Below are positions 10,114 to 18,849 of a stretch of DNA of 24,502 nucleotides, one piece after another. Position 1 is the first letter of the stretch, and each line of letters begins with the position of its first letter. This stretch comes from Macrostomum lignano (taxonomy: Eukaryota), in assembly GCA_002269645.1 (NCBI GenBank), contig NIVC01003222.1, positions 1 through 24,502 of the forward strand, read 5' to 3'. A model generated the notes under the pieces. It worked only from the letters and a program-made list of their open reading frames with translations. It had not been told where the DNA came from and did not search any database. The translations under genes and the position numbers were made by a program.

Positions 10114-10121
10114 AGCCTCAC

Positions 10122-10414
10122 CATCAGCTGGCAGCTGTGATTGTCGGTGATGCACGGCAGCAGTGCCGCATCGTCGGTTGCAGTCTCTTCCGTCACTTTT
10201 GTGCCCGCTTTTTCTTCTGCTTCTGGTGCTCCTAGTGCGGCTGGTTCGCTATCTGCGGTGTCAGCTCTATCGACAGTTTCAAGAATTGGCAACTCTTCTT
10301 TAGTTGGAGACTTCTGTGCGGCGGCTGCGGCTGCCACGGCGGTCTCTCTGAGCAGGAGCAACTTCTCATTAAGCACGTTGGGATCCAACTCCCAGCCGCC
10401 GCCGCCGCCGCCAC
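10122..10414 (-). CDS. NRBP-like exon 8 (low-complexity extension)
   Basis: Acceptor ACCAG|GT (phase 1); GGGGGGGWELDPNVLNEKLLLLRE...; donor ATG|GTGAGG, phase 0. Supported by frame continuity only. Confidence 0.7.
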
Positions 10415-10459
10415 CTGGTTTACAGAGAGGGTTGAGAACATTCATTTTTAGTATCTATG

Positions 10460-11075
10460 GTCCCTAAAAGTACAATCAAACCACGTATAGGGTCCTAAAG
10501 TACAACCCTAAAAGTACTTTTAAGAAATATGGTGCCAAAAGTACAAAGCTACAATCTAGGGTTCCTAAAGTAAAAACTGACCATTCAATGGCCTTACTTT
10601 TTACCGGGTAGGGTACAATAAAATACGGATTATTTAGGGCCCTCTAAAAAGTACAAACTGGTCATCTAGGGTTCCAAAAGTAAAACTTTCCATCTACGAG
10701 ATGCACAAACTGATTACACAGGGTTTCAAAAGTACAAAATGACCATCTAGGGCTCCTAAAGTACAAACTGGCTGTTTAGAGTTTCAAAAGTGCAAAATGA
10801 CCATCTAGGGCTCCTAAAGTACAAACTGGCTGTTTAGAGTTTCTAGGGCTCCTAAAGTACAAACTGGCTGTTTAGTTTCAAAAGTGCAAAATGACCATCT
10901 AGGGCTCCTAAAGTACAAACTGGCTGTTTAGAGTTTCAAAAGTGCAAAATGACCATCTAGGGCTCCTAAAGTACAAACTGGCTGTTTAGAGTTTCAAGAG
11001 TGCAAAATGACCATCTAGGGCTGCTAAAGTACAAACTGGCTGTCTAGAGCTTCAAAAGTGCAAACTGACTATCCA
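10460..11075. repeat. 58-bp (2 x 29-bp) higher-order repeat, NRBP intron 7
   Basis: GACCATCTAGGG at 10741, 10799, 10893, 10951 and 11009; degenerate monomers from about 10460. Confidence 0.9.
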
Positions 11076-11099
11076 GAGTCTTCATCAAGCAGCACCAAC

Positions 11100-11460
11100 C
11101 AATGCCAGCAACAACAGCCTGCTGTTGCAGATGAGCAGCGGCTCCGGATGTACTATTAGCGATTGTCACGGCGGACGCGGCTACCGACGAAGTCGCTGCG
11201 GTGGTTGTCGTTTGCTCTGTAGCCGGCGCAGGATCATCGTTGTGACCTCCGCCGCTGCCGCTGCCACAGTCCGTAGCAAGACTGCGACTAATAGCGCGCT
11301 GTACGGCAGATTCGTAGTCTTTGTGCGGCTCAGGCCAGCCCATCTTGCGGCAGAGCTGACGATAGCGCTGAATGTAACCGAATACGGTCGGATGGCCGGC
11401 GTAGGCCAGGGCCAGGCGACGGTGCAGCTCGGCGCGATCTTCCGGACTGCACACGGACAC
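11100..11460 (-). CDS. NRBP-like exon 7 (last NRBP helix, then start of extension)
   Basis: Acceptor TTCCGCAG|GTG; VSVCSPEDRAELHRRL weakly resembles NRBP GFISEADQSRL; GC-rich coding-like composition; donor G|GTTGGT (phase 1) matches exon 8. Confidence 0.72.
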
Positions 11461-11580
11461 CTGCGGAATTATTCGCCAGAACGGGGGAGCGAGGTAAAGT
11501 ACACTGACCATGGAGCTGGGATGACACTACTAAGATTTGATGCTACTGCCAGGTAAGGATTCTTTAATATTTCATGATAG

Positions 11581-12955
11581 CGGGTCAAGTTACACTTCAG
11601 TGGGTCATGACAATGGGTCAGGTACACTTCAGTGGGTCATGACAATGGGTTAAGGTACACTTCAGTGGGTCATGACAATGGGTCAAGGTACACTTCAGTG
11701 GGTCATGACAATAAGTCAAGTTACACTTCAGTGGGTCATGACAATGGGTCAAGGTACACTTCAGTGGGTCATGACAATGGGTCAAGGTACAATCCAATGG
11801 GTCATGACAATGGGTCAGGTACACTTCAGTGGGTCATGACGATGGGTCAAGATACTATTCAGTGGGTCATGACAATGAGTCAAGATACTATTCAGTGGGT
11901 CATGACAATGGGTCAAGTTACACTTCAGTGGGTCATGACAATGGGTCAAGTTACTATTCAGTGGGTCATGACAATGGGTCAAGATACTATTCAGTGGGTC
12001 ATGACAATGGGTCAAGGTACACTCCAATGGGTCATGACAATGGGTCAGGTACACTTCAGTGGGTCATGACAATGGGTCAAGGTACACTCCAATGGGTCAT
12101 GACAATGGGTCAAGTTACACTTCAGTGGGTCATGACAATGGGTCAAGTTACTATTCAGTGGGTCATGACAATGGGTTAAGGTACACTTCAGTGGGTCATG
12201 ACAATGGGTCAAGGTACACTCCAATGGGTCATGACAATGGGTCAGGTACACTTCAGTGGGTCATGACAATGGGTTAAGGTACACTTCAGTGGGTCATGAC
12301 AATGGGTCAGGTACACTTCAGTGGGTCATGACAATGGGTCAAGATACTATTCAGTGGGTCATGACAATGGGTCAAGTTACACTTCAGTGGGTCATGACAA
12401 TGGGTCAAGTTACTATTCAGTGGGTCATGACAATGGGTTAAGATACTATTCAGTGGGTCATGACAATGGGTTAAGGTACACTTCAGTGGGTCATGACAAT
12501 GGGTCAAGGTACAATCTAATGGGTCATGACAATGGGTCAGGTACACTTCAGTGGGTCATGACGATGGGTCAAGATACTATTCAGTGGGTCATGACAATGA
12601 GTCAAGATACTATTCAGTGGGTCATGACAATGGGTCAAGATACCATTCAGTGGGTCATGACAATGGGTCAAGATACCATTCAGTGGGTCATGACAATGGG
12701 TCAAGATACTATTCAGTGGGTCATGACAATGGGTCAAGATACCGTTCAGTGGGTCATGACAATGGGTCAAGATACCATTCAGTGGGTCATGACAATGAGT
12801 CAAGATACTATTCAGTGGGTCATGACAATGGGTCAAGGTACACTTCAGTGGGTCATGACAATGGGTTAAGATACTATTCAGTGGGTCATGACAATGAGTC
12901 AAGATACTATTCAGTGGGGTGATAACAATGGGTCAAGATTCTTTTCACTGGGTCA
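11581..12955. repeat. 33-bp minisatellite, ~40 copies, NRBP intron 6 (acceptor side)
   Basis: Unit GGGTCATGACAATGGGTCAAGGTACACTTCAGT; 40 GTCATGAC cores counted by eye. Confidence 0.98.
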
Positions 12956-13307
12956 GCACAATAAGATAAGCAAGAGAAGACTATTTAGTTGCTCATAAAA
13001 TGGGTCAAGAATATTTTTTGTGGTTTAAGCGAAAATTTTAGACTCTTTAAATACGAAAAAGATGAAAGCAATCGGAATATGATACGGATTTACTGTCCCT
13101 TACACATTAAGATCGTTTTTAAGTTCAACGCTACCAAACAATAGCGATTTTGAATACTGAATATAAGTTACCAACCCGCACCAATTATCTATGAATATCC
13201 CAAAAAATTCTCGAAAACTGACAGCACCTTAGATAAATAGGAAATCATAGTTAAAAGCAACCAACAGGAGAAATAAAATTAAAACAAAAGCAACTCAGTG
13301 CACTTAC

Positions 13308-13398
13308 GCAGTGTAGTGAGAGCAACGAAATTACGCGCGAGAATAGTCGAGTAACAATAAATATAATTAAATTGCAAAAACAAAATAACAAAACTACG
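13308..13398 (-). other. Candidate 91-nt frame-shifting cassette (poison) exon in NRBP intron 6
   Basis: Acceptor CTTCTTTACTTTTTTTCGCAG| and donor C|GTAAGT, both near-consensus; 91 nt is not a multiple of 3. Confidence 0.4.
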
Positions 13399-13475
13399 CT
13401 GCGAAAAAAAGTAAAGAAGGTGCAGTGGATACTTTGAGAATAAAAAAATAAACGCAAGCTAACAGACTTGCGTTT

Positions 13476-14440
13476 GGGGATGGGGATCTTGGGATTTATG
13501 GAATGGGGATCTTGGAATTCATGGAATGGGGATCTTGGGATTTATGGAGTGGGGATCTTGGGATTTATGGAATGGGGATCTTGGGATTTATGGAGTGGGG
13601 ATCTTGGGATTTATGGAATGGGGATCTTGGGATTTATGGAGCGGGATCTTGAGATTTATGGAATGGGGATCTTGGAATTCATGGAATGGGGATCTTGGGA
13701 TTTATGGAGTGGGGATCTTGGGATTTATGGAATTGGGATCTTGGGATTTATGGAGTGGGGATCTTGGGATTTATGGAATTGGGATCTTGGGATTTATGGA
13801 GTGGGGATCTTGGGATTTATGGAATGGGGATCTTGGGATTTATGGAGCGGGATCTTGAGATTTATGGAATGGGGATCTTGGAATTCATGGAATTGGGATC
13901 TTGGGATTTATGGAGTGGGGATCTTGGGATTTATGGAATGGGGATCTTGGGATTTATGGAATTGGGATCTTGGGATTTATGGAGTGGGGATCTTGGGATT
14001 TATGGAATTGGATATCTTGGGATTTATGGAATGGCGATCTTGGGATTTATGAAATGGGGATCTTTGGATTTATGGAGCGGTATCTTGGGATTTATGGAAT
14101 TGGGATCTTGGGATTCATGGAATGGGGATCTTGGGATTTATGGAATGGGGATCTTGGGATTTATGGAATGGGGATCTTGGGATTTATGGAATTGGGATCT
14201 TGGGATTCATGGAGTGGGGATCTTGGGATTCATGGAGTAGGGATCTTGGGATTCATGGAGTGGGGATCTTGGGATTCATGGAGTCGGGATCTTGGGATTT
14301 TTCGTTGAGGATCTGGGGATTGTTTAGTGGGGATCTTGAAATTTTTGCATGGGGAACTTGGGATTAATGGGGCAGGGATTGTGGGATTCATGGAGTGGGG
14401 ATCCTAGGATTCTTCGTTGGGGATCTTTACAGTTTTTCGT
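13476..14440. repeat. 22-23-bp minisatellite, NRBP intron 6 (donor side)
   Basis: Unit GGGATCTTGGGATTTATGGA(ATG/GTG/ATT). Confidence 0.97.
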
Positions 14441-14558
14441 TAGGGATTATTTATATTTTTAGGATGGGATTTTTGAGTTCTTGAGTTCTTTGATATCTTG
14501 AGTTCTAGGCAAAACACACAGCAACTTAAAGAAATGAGCCTACAACGTTTCAACTCAC

Positions 14559-14915
14559 CTCGTCAATCATAAAAGTGGTCAAATAATCCAAGTCGCTGTA
14601 TTCGGACTCGACAAACTGACAATGCGCATTTCTCATTATGTTCTCTTTGCCAAACCACAGTCGAACGTGGACGTCCCACCTCCCTAAGCCGATGTAGATG
14701 ATGTAAACGTCTATGAACTGTGCTCGACTAGTGATCTGTTTAGTCGGCGGCTCGTGATTCTCGTTGTCAACAACTAGGATGCTGTCCTCTTCATCGTCGT
14801 AATCGCCGAATAAGTCCAGCTTGGTTGGCTCCTGCTGCTGCTGAGCAGCTTCATCTGGGGTATTAAGAGTCGACTCGGAACCATTGTTAACAGCTGATGC
14901 GCCATTGGGGGAGAC
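14559..14915 (-). CDS. NRBP: NRBP-like exon 6 (C-terminal NRBP domain)
   Basis: Acceptor TTCATAG|GTC; 119 open codons ending WDVHVRLWFGKENIMRNAHCQFVESEYSDLDYLTTFMIDE, which resembles the NRBP C-terminal domain; donor GAG|GTGAGT. Confidence 0.8.
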
Positions 14916-14940
14916 CTATGAATCCCAGGTTCGAGACTGA

Positions 14941-15690
14941 GTTAGGCGATTCTCATAGAGATTACAGGGCAATTCTCATAGAGATTACAGGGCAATTCTC
15001 ATGGAGATTACAGGGCAATTCTCATAGAGATTACAGGGCGATTCTCATGGGGATTACAGGGCGATTCTCATGGGGATTACAGGGCGATTCTCATAGAGAT
15101 TACAGGGCGATTCTCATGGAGATTACAGGGCGATTCTCATGGAGATTACAGGGCAATTCTCATAGAGATTACAGGGCGATTCTCATAGAGATTACAGGTC
15201 GATTCTCATGGGATTACAGGGCGATTCTCATAGAGATTACAGGGCAATTCTCATGGAGATTACAGGGCAATTCTCATAGAGATTACAGGGCGATTCTCAT
15301 GGGGATTACAGGGCGATTCTCATGGGGATTACAGGGCGATTCTCATAGAGATTACAGGGCGATTCTCATGGAGATTACAGGGCGATTCTCATGGAGATTA
15401 CAGGGCAATTCTCATAGAGATTACAGGGCGATTCTCATAGAGATTACAGGTCGATTCTCATGGGGATTACAGGGCGATTCTCATAGAGATTACAGGGCAA
15501 TTCTCATAGAGATTACATGATAAATCTCATAGAGATTATAGGACAAATCTCATAGAGATTATAGGACAAATCTCATAGAGATTATAGGACAAATCTCATA
15601 GAGATTATAGGACAAATCTCATAGAGATTATAGGACAAATCTCATAGAGATTATAGGACAAATTTCATAGAGATTATAGGAGAAATCTCA
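14941..15690. repeat. 23-bp minisatellite with two subdomains, NRBP intron 5
   Basis: ACAGGGCGATTCTCATAGAGATT to about 15520, then ATAGGACAAATCTCATAGAGATT. Confidence 0.97.
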
Positions 15691-15712
15691 ATTAAAAACA
15701 CAGCACACTTAC

Positions 15713-16271
15713 ACAAGCGTCCCCAGCAAGCAAACCAGTGGACACATTGGAAACCGCATCAGATAGTTGGACAGAACTAGCACTGCCAGGTGCCGATACA
15801 GCGGTAGTAGTAGTAGTTGTAGTTAAAGTCGCTACGGATTGATTCTGTTCCATCATCGGAGCGCCTTTGTTATCAAACCCAGAGTCAGTCAGGCCAGCAG
15901 CCGGTGACACAGGTGCCACTGTAGACAGCTTAGCGGTGCCTGACACTGATGCAGATACAGTAGCACTATTAAGAGCAGAAGAAACTGAGACAGCAATTGC
16001 AGGTGGCTCATTGCCGATACTACTACTACTAATACTACTTGCAGCAGTAGTCAGATTATTAGACACAGAAGCAGTTTCTAATATAATTGGCGAGCTTCTT
16101 TCGCTGGCAGAATCTGCAACAGATGCCGGTTTCAATGATTGTACGTCAGAATTAGCCGGTAAAGTAGCTGTTGAACCAGTACTACTGTTAGTAGAAGAGG
16201 CTGCTAAGTTTTGCAGAATCTGCGAATTCTGTGAAGAGGATAGCGAACTAGCTAATGATTGTTGCTGTTGT

Positions 16272-16303
<32 letters not shown>

Positions 16304-16406
16304 TCTCTTCTGCGAAGGTGTTCGACTAACGCTGGCGTTGGGGCCCGCCGAGCCGCCGTGGCTTGACTTAGATCGAGCGATGCCGAATATTGGATAGAAG
16401 CCGTAC
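15713..16406 (-). CDS. NRBP: NRBP-like exon 5 (YGFYP motif, then polyQ and Ser/Thr/Ala-rich linker)
   Basis: Acceptor CCGCAG|G; RYGFYPIFG matches NRBP RNGIYPLTAFG; open for 231 codons; donor TGT|GTAAGT, phase 0. Confidence 0.85.
16258..16304 (-). repeat. CAG/CAA polyglutamine tract (~15 Q) in NRBP exon 5
   Basis: Mixed TTG/CTG triplets on the plus strand, in frame with exon 5. Confidence 0.9.
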
Positions 16407-16429
16407 CTGCGGTTTGGCAGTTCGAGTTT

Positions 16430-16945
16430 GCTTTAGGTCCCGAGTTCGAGTCCGGTATAGGTCCCGAGTTCGATTCCGGTAAAGGTCCTGAGACTATAGG
16501 TCCCGAGTTTGAGTCTGCTATAGGTCCCGAGTTCGAGTCCGGTATAGGTCGCGATTTCGAGCCTAATATAGGTCCTGAGTTCGAGCCCGGTATACATTAG
16601 GTGCCGAGTTCGAGCCCGGTATACATTAGGTGCCGAGTTCGAGCCCGGTATAGGTGCCGAGTTCGAGCCCGGTATAGGTGCCAAGTTCGAGCCTATTAAG
16701 AGCTTATTAATCATAAGCTCCCCGATCTCCCCGACTTTGAGTTTGGCATAGATCCCTAGTTCAAGCCTGGCATAGCTCCCCGACTTTGAGTTAGGTATAG
16801 GTCCCGCGTTCGAACCCGGTATAGGTCCCGAGTTCGAGTCTGGTAAATCTCCTAAGATCAAGCCCAGTAAAACTTCCGACCCGAATTTTAGTGTCGGTAA
16901 AGATCTGAGTTTGAGTTTTGGTAAAGGTCCCAAGTTCGAGCCCCA
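16430..16945. repeat. Degenerate 24-bp minisatellite, NRBP intron 4
   Basis: Consensus CCGAGTTCGAGYCCGGTATAGGTC, clearest at 16437-16690. Confidence 0.85.
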
Positions 16946-17111
16946 AGCTTTAATAGGGCTTTGGCAGTAAGCCCCGCGTCCTGAGCTTGACACTCCTAGT
17001 AAAACATCACTGGCATGGAAGTTAAGAGCCCGATGCACTTTTTAAGCTGCGCTACTGAGTTCGAATCTGTGAAAAGTTATCGAAACTATTCTATATGTTT
17101 CAAAGGCATAC

Positions 17112-17292
17112 CTGATGTCTTCAAGAAAGCGAACAGTCATAGACAGAGAATGAGTCATCTCTTTAACGTAGCGAGTTCTCTCAATGCCGTCCTTAGTCAT
17201 TTTGCAGATCACCGTGTCATTGTCAAATTTGTCATTGAAATGGTCTACTAGCTCCTGTAAGCGGCTGTTGTCTCCGCGCCTCTCGGCCGGAA
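17112..17292 (-). CDS. NRBP: NRBP-like exon 4
   Basis: Acceptor TTGCAG|TT (phase 1); IPAERRGDNSRLQELVDHF...VRFLEDIR matches NRBP MIPEN...KFLEDVR; donor AG|GTATGC, phase 2. Confidence 0.85.
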
Positions 17293-17384
17293 CTGCAATT
17301 GTCCAATTTTGGAGAAAATAAGTGCTCTGGTAATTAAAATTATCTTAACAACTGATGCGATTGATTTTCTAATGAGAATGATCT

Positions 17385-17990
17385 AATTACACAATCAGGG
17401 TGATTTAATTATCTAATAAGAATTATATAATTATCTAATAAGAATATTCTAATCACCTAATGGGAATTATCTAATTATCTAATGAGAACATTTCAATTAC
17501 TTGATGAGAATAATCTAATCATCTAATGCTAATAATCTAATCACCTAATGGGAATTATCTAATCACCTAATGTGAAAAATCTAATCACCTAATGTGAAAA
17601 ATCTAATAATCACCTGATGAGAATTATCGAATCACCTAATGAGAATTATCTAATCACCTAATGTGAAAAATCTAATCACCTAATGTGAAAAATCTAATAA
17701 TCACCTAATGAGAATTATCGAATCACCTAATGAGAATCATCTAATCACCTAATGAGAATTGTCTAATCACCTAATGAGAGTTATCTAATCACCTAATGAG
17801 AATAATTCAATGACTTAATGTGAATGAGAATAATAATCACCTAATGAGAACTATCTAATCGTTATCTAATCACCTAATGAGAACTATCTAATGACCTAAT
17901 GAGAGTTATCTAATCACCTAATGAGAACTATCTAATGACCTAATGAGAGTTATCTAATCACCTAATGAGAATTATCGGATCACCTAATTA
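17385..17990. repeat. ~22-bp minisatellite, NRBP intron 3
   Basis: Unit CTAATCACCTAATGAGAATTAT; 17 exact CACCTAAT cores. Confidence 0.93.
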
Positions 17991-18117
17991 AAACGATCTA
18001 TTAAAATAAACCAATTTAATTCCGATAATAACTAATAACTATTAGCTTAGAACTAATAATCCAAGTCTACTCTAATGTAACAACAACCAAAGCGCAAATC
18101 AAACAAAAGACACTCAC

Positions 18118-18749
18118 TAAAGGACACCAGAGCAGTGCCGCACAGAATGACAAGAGACGGCACCTCCAGCAGAGCCCGGTGCTGGTACAGCTCAGCCAGA
18201 GACAGCCGCCGGCTAGGATCGGCTTCTAAGCAGCCAATGAAAAAGTCGCGCATGACACTGTCGGAAACTCTCGCTAGCATCGTTTCGATGCGATGGTCGC
18301 GAGAAATCTGCTGCTGCTCTTCTTGTTGTTGCTGCTGCTGCTGTTGTTGTTGCTGCTCCTGTTGCTGCTTCTGCTGCTGACTAGTTGCCGATTCGTTCGA
18401 GTTAGCCGAGTCTTTAGCGTCCCAGGTAAGAATCTCCAGTGACAGCAGGCCGACCGCGTAGATGTCGCTGGCTAGGTTAACTCGAACCATCGGACCTGAA
18501 GGCGGCGTTGCTGCTTCCGCTGTAGCAGAATCTGCAACATTTTCGGCTGAAGCGGCAACGGATTGGCGACATTCCGGCGCCAGGTAAGCGACGCTCTGCG
18601 GCACCCTGGAGTAGTCCGTCAACCTCTGTCTAGACGATCCGAGGCACTGGCTAATAGCGAAGCAGCCGACTTTAAGTGTACCGCTAGTGTGATAATGAAT
18701 CGATTCGCTGCTCAAGTTGCCGTGCACTATGCCGGCGTCTGATAGGAAC
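18118..18749 (-). CDS. NRBP: NRBP-like exon 3 (pseudokinase C-lobe, polyQ insert, BC-box)
   Basis: IVHGNL (no catalytic Asp, as in NRBP HGNL), LKVG in place of DFG, YLAPE, SDIYAVG, RDFFIGCLEADPSRR, LLEVPSLVILC. Acceptor GAAG|G; donor A|GTGAGT. Confidence 0.92.
18310..18380 (-). repeat. Interrupted polyglutamine tract inside the pseudokinase C-lobe
   Basis: QQQKQQQEQQQQQQQQQQQEEQQQ in exon 3. Confidence 0.9.
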
Positions 18750-18849
18750 CTTCAGGTGTTGGTCGTTTGGGAATTATCGGAGACAGTTAAGAAAAAGGCT
18801 ATAACAACTATTTGCTTAAGTAAAAAACACTAGCAGAGTCAACAAAACA

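Noticed and set aside
1719-10126. Identical 12-mers shared by the two genes (CCTCACCATCAG at donors ~3193 and ~10116; CCAGCATCGCTC at 1719 and 7878)
   Set aside because: Half of the first is the donor consensus; isolated 12-mer matches are expected by chance in 24 kb and do not extend.
11618-12922. Many overlapping ORFs (GHDNGSRY / THCHDPL / QWVMTMG repeats), superficially metal-binding repeats
   Set aside because: All come from the 33-bp intronic array, with frames switching at 32-bp units. It lies inside a GT-AG intron between phase-compatible exons.
13468-15520. ORFs with GILGFMEWGSWDL and DYRAILIEIT repeats
   Set aside because: Antisense translations of 23-bp arrays in NRBP introns 5 and 6.
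16433-17038. 201-aa sense-strand ORF inside NRBP intron 4
   Set aside because: It begins at the intron donor region and runs through the degenerate 24-bp (8-codon) repeat. Exons 4 and 5 join cleanly around it (FLEDIR|YGFYP).
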